From: Vicugna vicugna
Taxonomy: Eukaryota
Assembly: GCA_013265495.1 (NCBI GenBank)
Contig: MU063252.1
Coordinates: 2,542,001 to 2,606,000 of the forward strand
Reading direction: 5' to 3'
Length of the DNA: 64,000 nt
The notes beneath the pieces are model-generated. The model made no database searches. It saw only the letters and a program-made list of their open reading frames with translations, and was not told the origin of the DNA. A program made the position numbers and the translations under genes. Of the stretch, positions 1 through 12,532 are shown one piece after another (positions within the stretch are counted from its first letter, which is position 1; every line of letters begins with the position of its first letter).

Positions 1-1569
1 GGTCATGCCCTTAGCTTCCTCCATGGGAAGAGTCTCTCCTCAGCACTGCTGTCTCAGGGGTCGGGGGGTTGTCATGTTGCCCCCCGGCCATGGGTGGAGG
101 ATAGGTTTTGGCAGAGTGAAGTTCAGTGCCTGTTGTGAGTTTTAGCAAGCAATTAAAACGAAAAACAAAAAAACCCCACCTAAGGCTCATACCCCTGGTG
201 AGACATGTCAAAAGAGCATTGGTGCAGGATGCCCATGTGCTTTCTTGCCCATTTGCCATGGGTACAGGGGGCTGAGTCCAGCATGTGGACCTGGTCCCTC
301 TGCAGGCTGTGCTCAGTGCTGCAGGCTGTGTGCACTGGGGGCGTGCATCAGGTACTGACGTGGGGCTGCTGCTTAATTTTTCTATTTGAGGAAAGGCAGA
401 TGGAAAAGATGAAATAATAATGAAGCAAAGGTGTTGAAAAAAGGGCCCGGTGCAGGCGTGGGTTGCACAGCTCAGAGAGGTGGCAGGGGTTGGTGGCTCA
501 CGACAGCCGTGCTTCCCTGGAGGCAAGCCTGGGATGTGCTGTTGGCAGCTGTGGATGGAACAGAGCTCAGCAGAATAGAAGCACTTTAACGTGAAGAATT
601 GTTTAGCAAATGTTTATCTCATCCTATTACCGTGGGGTCATGTGCGTTTCATAAAGAGTTTGGATAAATTGTGAAATTGGTATATGATCTAATGGGTCAG
701 TGACCGAGCACGAGCTATGTGGGGAACCCAGGGCTGGTCCTTCTGTGAGGTTGGGATCAGTTCTGCTGGTGGAGTGGGGACCCCAGCCCTGCCCTGGGAC
801 CTCCAGCAGCCTTGTCCCATCTCTGTACCTCATTTTTCCTCAGTTGTAACAACAGGAACCCTGATATCTGAGTAGTTGAAGATGGGAGTGGATTTTGTGA
901 TGGAGGCTGGCTGTCCTCAATAACACAAGTCATCTTGAACACAAGTTCAATTTGACTGTGATTTCCATGGAGAACCAGTGCCCAGTAAGTCCATACAGCC
1001 CCCATCCAGTCAGGGCTTAGATGCCCCGCACCCCCCAGCATCTGAGCATAGCACATGCCAGACCCTGCCCTGCAAGTCCTTTTTCTCTGCCTATACACTG
1101 ATGTCCCTTGTCCTCTGACTTGCCCAGTGCCCCGTCTGTAGATGTACTGCTTTGGGCACCTGGAGTGGTCATGTCTGCTGACACACAAGGGACACAGCGG
1201 ACTAGGCAGGGATGTGGTCTTGGTTCCACATAGCCCAGGCCCAACTTTAGCTTTATCAGTGTGTGAGCTGTCAAGCAGCGTGTGCTGCAGCTCAGGGTGA
1301 GGCGCAGGTGTCAGGGGCCAGGAGGACACTACCTGCCCACCCCACAAGGGCTGTGAACCTGGAACCCGACAATGTCTGCAAACCCTGCAGCATCTGGGTG
1401 GTCAACACCCAGGGAGTGTCCATATTCATGTCCAGAGAGCAGGCAGATGTAGGAATCTGAGAGACCCTTCACTGGGACAGGGGTTGGGCTGATGCTGGAC
1501 TTGGCAGTTTCCTAAAGCTTCTTTTTGGGGAGAGGAGAGGGAAGTTGGTAAGAATTGAGATTTTCATAA

Positions 1570-2352
1570 AATAGAACTATTTTTAAAAAGATAGGGGGAG
1601 ATAGCTGTGACACCAAAGAGCAAGCCCCATAAGATAAAAAATTGATGTTCCACCTCACCAGAATTAAGAACTACTTTTTGAAGGACACTGTTAAGAGAAT
1701 GAAAAGACAAGCCATGGACTGGGAGAGAATCTTTGCAAAACTCATCTGATAAAGTTCTTGTATTTGGAATATATGAAGAACTCTCAAAACACAATATTAA
1801 GAAGATGACCCAGTTTTTAAAAAGACATCCAAAATTTGTATAACTTCACCCCAAATATATAAGGATGGCAGATTAGTCCATGAGAAGATTCTTCACATCA
1901 TTAGTCATTAGGGAAATGCAAGTTGAAATCATGAGATACCACTTCACGCCTATGAGAATGGCTAAAATAAAAAACCTGACAATACTAAATCCTGACATGG
2001 ATGGGGAGCAGCTAGAACTCTCCTTCATTGTTGGTGGAAATGCAAAATTGTGCAGCCACTCTGGAATACAGTCTGGCTGTTTCTCGTGAAGTGAAGCATG
2101 CATTTACTGTAGGACCCAGCAGTCTTACTCCTGGGAGTTTATCAGAAATGAAAACTCATGTCCACACAAAAACCTGCATGTGAATGTTTATAGCAGTTGA
2201 TTCATTAGCTTTCACTGGAAATGACCCCAGTGTCCTTCGGTCTGCAAATGGTTGAACAGACTGTATAATATGGTGGTTTAATACTCAGCAGTAAAAAGGA
2301 ATGAACTTTGGTGACAGCAACATGGATGTATCTCAAAGACATTATGCTAAGT
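1570..2352 (+). mobile_element. Old LINE-1 fragment (L1M-type ORF2 3' end and 3' UTR); resumes at about 2837-2915
   Basis: Typical L1 sequence (aagagaatgaaaagacaagcca, atgagataccacttcac, gacattatgctaagt ... gtatgattccatttat); degenerate ORF2-like peptide MQVEIMRYHFTPMRMAKIK. Confidence 0.8.
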
Positions 2353-2836
2353 ATTATGTGATCATCTGAATTGGGGCCCCCAATACATGTCCAGGTCTTA
2401 ACCCCTGGAGCCTGTGAATGTGACCTTATATGGAGAAAAGGACTTTGCAAATGGGATTAAGTTAAGGAAGTTGATATGGAATTATCCTGGATTATCTGGA
2501 TGGGCCCTAAAAGTGATCACAAGTGACCTAATAGGAGAGAGGCAGAGAGAGATTTAACACAGACAGAAGAAGAGAANNNNNNNNNNNNNNNNNNNNNNNN
2601 NNNNNNNNNNNNNNNNNNNNNNNNNNNNNNNNNNNNNNNNNNNNNNNNNNNNNNNNNNNNNNNNNNNNNNNNNNNNNNNNNNNNNNNNNNNNNNNNNNNN
2701 NNNNNNNNNNNNNNNNNNNNNNNNNCTAAAGATACTACTGATTGCAGACTTCTGGGCTCCAGGACCCAGAGAATACATTTCTGTTTTAAGCTACCAAGTT
2801 TGTGGTGATTTGTTGCACAGGGACAGGAAACTAACG
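2353..2836 (+). mobile_element. MaLR LTR (MLT1-type) nested in the L1; contains gap 2577-2725
   Basis: cctgtgaatgtgaccttatatgg...gactttgcaaatgggattaag ... atttctgttttaagctaccaagtttgtggtgatttgtt. Confidence 0.75.
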
Positions 2837-4556
2837 GTATGATTCCATTTATGTGACCTTTGAGAAAAGGTGCATCTGTAGGGACAGAACACAGATTGGA
2901 AATCCCTAGGGTTGAGGGGAAAATTGGAGTACAGGCAGGCACGTGGGAATTCCAGCAGAAAGGAGGGTGACCTGTCTAGCTCTAGCTGTGTTAATTTGCT
3001 GACCCAAGAAGAGCAAACAAAAAAGGTGTCGGGGCCAGTTTTAGCTGATTTGTATCTGTTTTTCTAATCCTCTAGATTTTTAAAAAATTTTTCCCTAAGC
3101 TTTCTGTGCACGTCCACGGCTTTAAATAGAAATACTTGCTGTGCTGGCCACCATGTGGGTCCTCATTTACACCTGACTCATGGCCTTTATGTGTCCCTTC
3201 ACATAATAATGAATAGTGCTGCCATCCTCCTCCTGGCCAAGGGGAGGGGCTGCTGGCCCGCCACGCCCTTGCTCTGCTGTGACCTCATCAAGTAAGTGTA
3301 GAACCTCTGTGTGTCTGCCCGGGTTTCCCAGCTCAGCCCTGAGCTGGCCTTGCCCACTGAACTAATCTGGGCTTGTGGCCTAGGCCTTTCTCCCTGCCTG
3401 TGGTTCACAGAAATCGTCCCTCATGGTCCCAGAAACTGTCTAAACTCTCCACGGCCTCAGCATCCCACTTGGAACCTGCCAGGAAGTTGCAAGGAGAATT
3501 CCTGAAAGGCGTTTCCCAATCTTCTGTGCTTTACTGGAAATTGGGGGACAGTTGCCAGGAGGTCGGCAGCCAGGCCTTTTCTCGGGACTTAACCTCTCCC
3601 TTTGCTGGCCACACACTGCTCTGGAGAGGTTGGATCCCAGCTCTGCAAGATCGGCTCATAGGCTTCATTTGTGCTTTGTAGAATCAGAAAGACAAACTCT
3701 TTACGGAGGAGCAGAAGCCTTCCCTTCCGTCATTTTCCACAGGCACCTCTGCGTTATGGGGGTTTCAGGCCACAGGGAGCATGCTGCCCAGGCGCAGATG
3801 ATACTGTACACAGTGAGCACTTCAGGATGCTCCCCAGGCTCAGCTAATGGCAGGCATCCCGGGTCTGTGTCCAGGTCTGCCCTATTCTCAGTGGTCCTTC
3901 CACCTCCCCTGGCTCCATCCCTCTCCCCAGATGATGCACCGGCTCTGCGCTCACCATCCTCACCCCCTGTCCATCTGTGTGCCCAGGGTTGGGGGTGTCT
4001 TGTACTTGCCCACATTTTATTTTAAACCTTTCACATGGGAATGTTCATGGGTGGATGGGACAGATGAGAGTAACGATTGTCCCCTTGCTGTCACTCACCC
4101 TCTGAGCTTTGACCCATCTTGCCTCCACTCTTCCTTGTGCCCCCGTCATCCCCCTGTTTTTGTTTGCTTGGTTTTGCTGGAGCATTTTTAGAACAACCCC
4201 AAATATCTTTCATTTCACCTGAGGCTTTTTCAATGACTGTGTTGAATGTCAGCAGATGCAGACTTGTGTTTTTTAGACGTAGCCTCTGTGCAGCTCCGTG
4301 AGAGTGCTCAAAGCCCGGCCCCAGCCCCCTTGCTGGCTGTCTCTGCAGGTTCCTCACTGTGAGTAGGACCAGTGGCGGCCACACGGAGCCATGCGCGACA
4401 TTCATGTCAAGTCTGTGGTCATTTATAGCACTCCGCTCCTCTTCCCCTTTAGCCATTCATCTGTTGAAGAAACCAGTTCATTGGTCCTGTGGAATTTCCC
4501 ACTTTCTGCTCTGACAATTATTGTCCTCATTGCTTTCTGCCTGGCAGCGTTTAGCT

Positions 4557-4736
4557 CAGGGCTTCTCGGCCTTGGCTCCGCTGGCGTCACTCTGTGGTGG
4601 GACCATCCTGTGCACCGTGGTGTGTTGGGCAGAGTCCCTGGCCTCCACCCCTGGCGACCAAGCCACAACATCCAAAAATGTGTCCGGACATCGCCAGTGT
4701 CCTCTGAGGCAGAATCACCCAGTTGAGAACCACAAG
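4557..4736 (-). mobile_element. MER20-like hAT DNA-transposon fossil
   Basis: cagggcttctc... ccaaaaatgtgtccggacatcgcc ... cagttgagaaccac resembles the reverse complement of MER20. Confidence 0.7.
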
Positions 4737-6279
4737 TGTAACTCGATGCCTTACCCACTGCACTTCCTATAAACTGGTTGCTAGACCTAGAGGTGGATTT
4801 CATAAGCCACTTCCTGTTGTTTCATCCTCGACGTGCTCTTCTCTATGGGGAGAGATAAGGGGATTTCAGCCACTGCGAGGTTCCTCCTTGTCCTCACCCC
4901 ATCTTAGGGAAGAGGGGTCTCAGGCCAGTGTTCACTCCTTCTCCCTCAGGAACGCCTGTTTCCCTGACCGCTTCTGTCCTGTGCCCGCCCCATTTTTTTC
5001 TTACAGATATCAACATCTTCATTACACGGATTTCCTCATCCAAGTTATGTCCTCCTGTTGAGGGGCTACCTGGGGGCCGAGTGACTGCAGGGCGTGGACG
5101 CCCAGGCCCGGCTCTGTTTGAGGCCTCCCTGCTGCCCACCCCTGCCAGGCCTCCCAGCTCAGCCCTGGGCTCTCAGCTAAAGCACGGCACAAGCAGTGAC
5201 ACTTGTCTCAAGAGGCTCCTGGTCTCATCTTCAGTGCACCGCTAACAGGAGATGCCATTCTGCTACTCAGGGGCCTGACAGGGCCAGCGTGGGGTTGGTG
5301 GCCTGCAGCTCAGGAGGCACTGCCCTGCGCAGCTTGGCCTCGGAGGAAGGGGTGCCCTGTGAGCCTACATTGTGAGCAACACTAGCCCTCAAGAGGGTCT
5401 GAGGAGACTAAGCACGTCGTGTGTGATGTTGCCTGCCTGAAGTGTAGCCCACACAAGTACCAAGTGTGACGAGCATGGAGAGTTGTGTTGTGCCTGGGGA
5501 GCATCCTGGGAAGTTACATTACCTGGTGACTTGCTAGTCACAGCTGGGGACCGACCCAAAAGCTGCCAAGGAGACAGAGAAGTGGACAGTGCCCTCGCTG
5601 ATCTATTAGGCCCTCCTGGTCCCCAGACAGGTAGACGAGGTAGCAGGGTGGCGGGGTACCCCTAACAAGTGGTGTATCCCTGACCCTGTGGGCAGACAGC
5701 CCCTGCAGGGAGCAGCCGGCCAGAAGGCAGGGAAGGACCATGTGCATGGTGAGCCCATGCACTGCCAGGGCACCCCAATTGCTGAGGGCCAGGCCAGGCC
5801 AGGTGGGTCTAGAGGGCAGTCCTCGCTGCCTGCAGTCCAGCTCAGTTCTCTGCTTCATGTCCCTCACCACTCACACTGTACCTCTTACTTATTCCTTTCA
5901 TGTGCAGTCACGGCTACGTGGTGTTCTGTGTCCAGCTGTCTCACTCTGCATGCCATGTTCTGTGAGGCATGGCCTGGGACCCTCGGGGCTCAGAAAGTAC
6001 CCCCTGAGTGCAGTACAACCAGGACAGGGATGCACATTCATCACATCCAGCAGGCAAATGTCTGTCTGTTCCATGCCCTTAGAGCTGAGGTGTGGGGAGG
6101 TCAGGGTCAGCTCTGGCGCTAGAAGGCCAAGCCCTCCCAGTTAACCTCCTGCAGTGGGTCAGACAGTGTTGAGACCCTAGGACAGTCTGCTCCCCTCTCC
6201 CCCTCCTCATCCTTGCACCTCGCTGCCACCCATTTAGTGCTGCACATCCAAACCCTGTGTTTCATTATTGTTATTTATG

Positions 6280-7450
6280 CCTTAAACTGTCAGTTATCTT
6301 TTAGAGAAACATACTGAGAAAAAGGTTTCATATTCATACATGTTCACCTTAACTCGTCACTCTTTGTCCTTTATGCAGATCTACCTGTCCAACTGGTGTT
6401 ACTTTCCCTCCTAAGGAACTTCTAGAACCTTCCATGTAATACAGATCTGTTACTAGCAGGTTCTCTCAGCCTTTGAACAAGTCTTTGTCACCTTCTCTTT
6501 TCACTGAATGTGAAATTCTAGGTTGACAGTGTTCTTTCCTCAATATTTTAAAGATGTCCTTCCATGATCTCTGATCTTGTTTCTAACACTTGGTCTCTTG
6601 AGTCTTATCTTTGCTTCTCTATTTGTGGTGCCTCAAACAGCAGCTGCACTGATTTGCTTACATTGTGCTCCAGCCTGGTTCTTTGTTTCCTGCTGGAGCT
6701 TCTTAGATCTGTGGATTTATAGTATTCATCACATTTAGGAATTTGGGGACATTATTTCTTTGGGATTCCAATTATACATGTATTGGATTTCTTAGTACTT
6801 GCCCACATTTCACCAAAGCTTGTCATCAGATTCACTGATCTTTTCTTCCACAGTGTCTAATTTTAATCCTGCCCAGTGAGTTTTTCATCCAGATACTTCA
6901 TTTCTCAGCTCAAGAAGTTCCATGTGGCTCTCCTTTGTTACTGCATATTCCTCTTCTCATCAGTTCAAGTTTCCCTTTAAGCCCTTGAATATTTTAAATA
7001 GTTGCTTTAAATATTTAGAATAGTTGCTCTAAAGTGGACCCTTTGTCTGGTAATTCCATCATGTCTGTCCTTTCTGAGTTTGTTTCCATTGACTGATTTT
7101 TCTCCTGGGTTAAGGGTCACATTTTCCTGCAGCTTTCACATGTCTGGAGGTTTGGGGTTTTGCATGCTGAGTGTTGTAGATTCCATGGGATTGTGTGCTG
7201 GATTTTGTTATCTCTTCTTGAAGCATGTTAGTTCTGCAGGCTGCTGGCTGCTGGCTGCTGGCAAGCAGTTTGGTTAACAGTGGATCAGCTCACCCTGGGG
7301 AAGCTTATTTTTGAGATTTCTTATTAAGGGGAATAGAAGAGAAGCCTTTACCTGAGGACTAGTTTAGTTCCACTGTTGAATAGGGTACAGAAAGGATGCC
7401 TCTGGGCTGGCTGTGTATGGCATCTTCCAGCCCATGTTCCTGGACTTGGG
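6280..7450 (-). mobile_element. Ancient L1M/L1ME fragment, antisense to ELL
   Basis: T-rich degenerate L1 sequence (tgtgaaattctaggttgacag, gggattccaattatacatgtatt, gtcacattttcctgc). Confidence 0.6.
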
Positions 7451-9224
7451 GCCCCACCTTGGGGAGAGTCCTAGAGTCTTCCTGGGCAGCAGCTTGAGGT
7501 TCTGTGCAGGCCCCAGGAGCAGCCCCTCTGCACTGCCCCTGCCTTCATGGGCCTCTGCCCACATTGACCAGTTCCTTCAGGCTCCCTTGGCCATTTTCCG
7601 TTCTTTCAGGCATCTCTGGCCAGTGCTGCCTGCATTTGAAAGCATTGTTGAGTGTTTTGTCCAGCACCCTAGTTGTCACCAGTGAGCGCTTGTCTGATTC
7701 CAGGTAGTCTGTTTGGCCCTGATGTAGGCACTTGCTTGTGAAGGAACCAAGAGGATTCTATGGGACAGCTGTCTATCTGTCCATTCACCTTTCCATCCAT
7801 CTAGCCTTGGCTCAGGTGGCCTTCCAGTAGTGGAAAGGCCAGCCCCTTCTAAGTGGAGTGGGGGACATGAATCACTGGCCTGAACATCAAAATCTCCAGA
7901 CAGAAGGCTGGAGGTGACTGCAGCAGATCTGGCTGTGTCCTCCTGGGGTCAGCCTACAAGTCCCTGAAGGGCTCAGAGAAAGGAGGCTACCAGTGTGTGT
8001 ACCACCCAGAGCAGAGAACCTGCACCTTGGAGGTGGTAGGTGGGGTTAAATCCTGGCTCCTTGTGGGTTTGGGTGAGTCACTTGATTCTCTGTGATACTT
8101 GAGGTTTGTGGTGGAGTTTAGCGATAATAAGCCTAAGATGAAGCTCTCAGCCCATGGCCTGCACAGTGTGTTCCTAGATACTGTGTTCCTTGGTCCCGTG
8201 GTGCCCCCTCCATCCTCCTCAGGATGGCTCTGGGTCCCGAGCCTTCATCAGCCATGGAAGCTATCAAGGGAAATGCAGGTGTGCTCTTTCCCGGGGATTC
8301 TGGATGTTTGGCTTTCGATGTGCGCTGCCTGCAGGAGTTTAGAAGTTGCTGGCCTGGGGCCTTGTGGCTGCTCTGCCCAAGTTTCCCTAGAGCCTTTGTG
8401 GACAGCCAGCATCAGACCAGCAGGCCTTCCTGTGCTGCCCGGCATGCAGTGCTGCTGCTACAGACAGCCCCGCAGCCACTCCTCCCACCAACCCACTGGC
8501 CACCCACCAGAGTCAGGCGCAGACCTCTGATGGGTGGGGCTTGTGTCCTGAATGCACCCAGTGGACACCCGACAACCCCCAAGTGAGGGTCCCCATTGGC
8601 GCCCACCACAGCTTGCTGGTCAGAGCAGAAAGAAGCCCAGATGGTCCTCTGCCTTGTTCAACAGCAGAGGAAGGAAGTGGGGCCATGTCCCCAGGTGCTG
8701 AGAGCCACTTCTGTCAATGTGACCTACCCATGCATCAGGGTTTCCAGAGGGGCCCACAGCACTCAAGGTTCCCCTCAGCCTGCCTGTCTCGCTCAGAACC
8801 TGACTCAGGGAAGGGAGAGAGCTGGTGAGTTATCCTGCAGCCAACTTTGTTCCAGTAGGTTCCAAGAGGTGGCAGGGCTGAAAGCACTGTGAGTCATTCA
8901 AATGAAATGTATCTGCTTCACAGTAAACACCTGCGAACTGGTAGGATGCTGTCTGCCCTGTGCTGATGCCGGGCAGGGTGGCTTTGCCTCAGCATTGTCT
9001 TTGCTGTGTACTTGTCTTCGGTTTCCCTTCCAGCCACTTTACATCACCTTGCACTGAACATAGTTAACAGGTGGGAGTCTCTCCCCTGCCTGTTCAGGAG
9101 TTCTCCATATATTCAGGTGATGGTGCTCAAAGTCCACGGGAGGCTTCAGAGAAAGACCCTTCTGCGCCTGAGGGCAGGGCATTCTGCAGGTGCCGTTTAC
9201 AGCCCATAGAACTTACCTGTCTTA

Positions 9225-9830
9225 GGTATATAGTCTGTGTTAATATTCCACCCAAGCAGTTTCCTCCAGCCTGTTTGCAGCCACTCCCCATTCCCAGGCA
9301 CTCACTGATCTGTCTTTAGTTTTGCGTTTTCTGGAAATTTATATAGATGGAATCATACAACGCTTGGTGTAATATGTTGGGCTACTTTCACTGAGCCGAC
9401 GGCTTTGAGTTTGTGCCTGTTGTGTCCAGCAGGAGTTTGTCCTTTTTTATTTCTGGGTAATATTCTGTTATTTTTTTTCTGATGGACGTTTGGGCTGTTG
9501 CTACTTTTTGGATAGTAAGAATAATTCTTCTCTGCACATTTATGTATAAGTTTTTGTGCAGACATGTATTTCCATTTCTCTTGGGTATATCCCTAAGAGT
9601 AGAATTGCTGGGTCATGTGGTAACTCTGTGTTTATTAGCTTTTTAAGAAACTGCCACACTCTTTTCTACAGAGGCTGCACCTTGTATGCTCCCACCAGCA
9701 AGGTACGGCAGCTCTGGGCTGTTGTCTTTTTTCCTTTAGCTTTTCTGATAGGTTTGTGGTATTGCCCTGCGCATTCTGCACCTCACTGATGAGTGGTAGC
9801 TTCTCACATGCTCATTGGCCACCTGCAGGT
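9225..9830 (-). mobile_element. L1M 3' end fragment, antisense to ELL
   Basis: ttctcttgggtatatccctaagagtagaattgctgggtcatgtggtaactct, ggaatcatacaa. Confidence 0.75.
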
Positions 9831-11374
9831 CTTTGTTTTAATCTCTGTCATTAACCCAGTTCCAAGCAGAGGTGACTTAAATGTTGCATCTCCAAAGGCC
9901 CAGCTAGGCGGAGCCCCCACGGATGCTGCTCCTATTATTCTCTGAAAGCAGCCCAGGCAGTGGTCTCCTTGTGGTGGTGGGGCAGGTCATCCTGAGCCTG
10001 CTTTCACGGGAGCCTGGCCCCTGTCTCAGCAGCACAGTGGCCCTTGCCTGCAAGGGCTGGTTCGAAGTCCTGGAGCAGCACAAGAGATTGGAGGGCATCC
10101 CGTGTCTGCCCAGCTGGTGGTGAAGGGTGATGTGCTTTGAAAGTGTGGGGTGGTTTCTGGGGTGTCAGATCCCATGGAGGTAAGTGCTGGAGCTCAGTGT
10201 GACCTCTCAGGTCTGCTCTAGATGGCAGAGTCCTTGGAGATTCTTGGTAAAAGGCAGGGGACTCCTGGTAAATGAAGTGGGGTGAGCATGTGACCCACAT
10301 GGTCCAAGCTGGCTGAGCCCTGTCTCCCTCACACGCCTGCATCCCTCGGCCCAGTGGCTGATGGAGCCATGGGCACTGAGAGGCCAGCCTGCCCACTGGT
10401 TGGTTCTCTCCGTGTGTATGAAGCTACCCCACCCAGCGAGGGCCTGTGGTGGGACCAGACATTCTGGGTGGGGAACAGATAGGTACCCACTCCAGACACT
10501 GAGAGAGGCATATGTGGACCATGTCGGAGAGCCTCCCCTCACTCAGGCTGGGGCTGGGGTGGTGGCCCAAGAGGTGGACTCTGATGAAGGTGGGAGAGCC
10601 CAAGACCTCAGCTGCTGGGTGAAGGAAACTGGGGAAGATAACAGGTGCAGAGGTGGGTTTGGGCCATGTGGGTTTGGGAGCTGGAGGAGGGGTTTGTGGT
10701 GACAAACCAGCACCATGCTGTGGGGTGATGTCTGCTACGCAGAAGGTGGGTACTCAGGGCCCCAAGATAGATGAGAAAGAGAGGTGCAACCCTCCATCTG
10801 GATCCATGTTCTTTCTAAAATTCCACCAGAAGGCTGATCTCCAAATAGCTAAAGCTTAACTTATTTTGAGTTTTTTAATGTATTTTTTCTTGTGACATTT
10901 GGAAATTCCGCCGCCCCAAGTGCAGTGGCAAGCTGCTCTGAAGCTGTGGCGGGAGAGCTGGATAGGCATTGGGCTCTATCCTGCCAAGGTGTTGGTGGAG
11001 GGAGTGTCACCCCATCAGCCTGTTTCACAGCCAGTGGTGCTCATCCATCCCAGTTCTGTTCCCGAGAGGTTGTCTCTGAGGCAGGACAGCCTGGGCTGGT
11101 GTTGGTTTGGGGAGAAGGGTGAGGAGCTGCCCATTGTTGTGTCTTCATTCTTGCCTCTTGTGTACCTCCAGCCCTGGCCCCTGTGCCATCTGAGGAACTC
11201 CTGTTGATCCTTCAAAACCCTGCTCCAGTGACCTCTCTGTAATTTTCAACATATATGTGTTTTTTTCTCACCCCTTCTGAAAACAGTCTTTATCCTGCTC
11301 CTTGTATGACTGGGAAGTGAGTCTTTGCATTTCCAGATAGCTTTACTGACATTTCCCATCTTGCTTTTTTGCAG

Positions 11375-11422
11375 GATTCTGTTTCTCTGAGACCTTCAAT
11401 CCGATTTCAAGGAAGTCAAGGG
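11375..11422 (+). CDS. ELL: ELL exon 2 (48 nt, DSVSLRPSIRFQGSQG)
   Basis: ttttttgcag|GAT...GGG|gtaagt; phase 0/0. Confidence 0.95.
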
Positions 11423-12134
11423 GTAAGTCTTTCTTGTCTTAATCATGTTTAGAATTCTGGAACTGGTGTGCTCCCTGCCCTGTGTCCCTGGGCACAGCAG
11501 CAGGCTGGAAGCAGTGTATTAGCCCCATCCACCTCTGTGCCAGGCCAGGCCCTGTTCTGAGCCAAAGTCTGCCTCTGGTTGTCTCCAGGTCGGTCCCGTG
11601 GCCAGGGCCACACCAAACAGGCCATCTGTTGCTGAAGGCAGCTTTCCTTTCCAGCAGCCCCTGAGTCTCCCACTTGCTTCCTTTAGCCTCCAAACCCCTG
11701 TTCTGACCTGATCTCTGTGGTGATTCGAAATGGTGTCCCCAGAACCCAAGGTGGGCTGGAGCTGTGGCCTCCGCAGGGTGGGGCACTTGTCTCCATCAGT
11801 GAACCCAGGACCATGGGTGTTTGTCTGGCTTTTGGTACTAGGCCAGAGGGGTATAGGAACTCAGCACCCTCAGTTTTTTCCTGAAAGGGACTTCATTCTA
11901 AATGATCATCTTACAAAAAAATTGGAGAATAAACAAAAGGGCAGGTTGTCCACAGTCATTGCCCCCCAAGTCTAAGGACTCCTGTGTCCTCCACCCACCA
12001 AAGGTGCTTTGGAACACTTTAGTTTTTCCTTCTAGTCTTTATTGCAAGTCTTTTTTTTTTTTCCTAAGGAGTTGTCGCATATGTCTAAGTCAGTTTCCAC
12101 CTGGCAGCCTGCTGGCTTCTTATAGAACCAGGGA

Positions 12135-12532
12135 GATCTGTGGGTTTCATTCCAGCCAGGACACTCCAGAGACACAGAACCTCTAGGAGATACATGTCTG
12201 TGTGCACAGATACATTGATACTAAGAGCTTTATTGCAAGACATTGGCTTATGCAATTGTGGGGCTAATGAGTCTGAAATCCATAGGGCAGGCAGGAGCTG
12301 GCATCCAAGCCCATTGGTGAGCTTCTTCCTCCTCAGGGAAGCCTCAGTTTCCTTCTAAAGGCCTTTAGCTGATTGGATGAGGCCCACCGAGACCATCGAG
12401 GGTCATCTTGTTTACTTAAAATCAGCTGGTTGTGGATGTTACCACATCTGCAGAGTGCCTCCCAGAATAGCGTTCATAGAGTCACAAGGGGTGTGGTCTG
12501 GCCAGGTGGACACATGAGCAGACCATGACACC
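12135..12532 (-). mobile_element. MLT2-type ERVL LTR
   Basis: ttggcttatgcaattgtgggg, ctgattggatgaggcccacc, tttacttaaaatcagctggttgt. Confidence 0.7.

Noticed and set aside
1564-2103. ORFs resembling reverse-transcriptase or L1 ORF2 peptides as active genes
   Set aside because: Short, frameshifted fragments of an old L1 that is interrupted by an MLT LTR.
4349-4358. 10-nt microexon (ctgcag|GTTCCTCACT|gtgagt) in ELL intron 1
   Set aside because: It is frameshifting and lacks a long polypyrimidine tract or a microexon-type UGC enhancer; such matches arise by chance.
6990-7035. Short tandem duplication (aatattttaaatagttgct / atatttagaatagttgct)
   Set aside because: A local slippage duplication inside an old L1 fragment, with no functional hint.
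10113-10185. Perfect donor GAG|GTAAGT in ELL intron 1 as an extra exon
   Set aside because: No convincing upstream acceptor with a pyrimidine tract, so exon limits cannot be supported.
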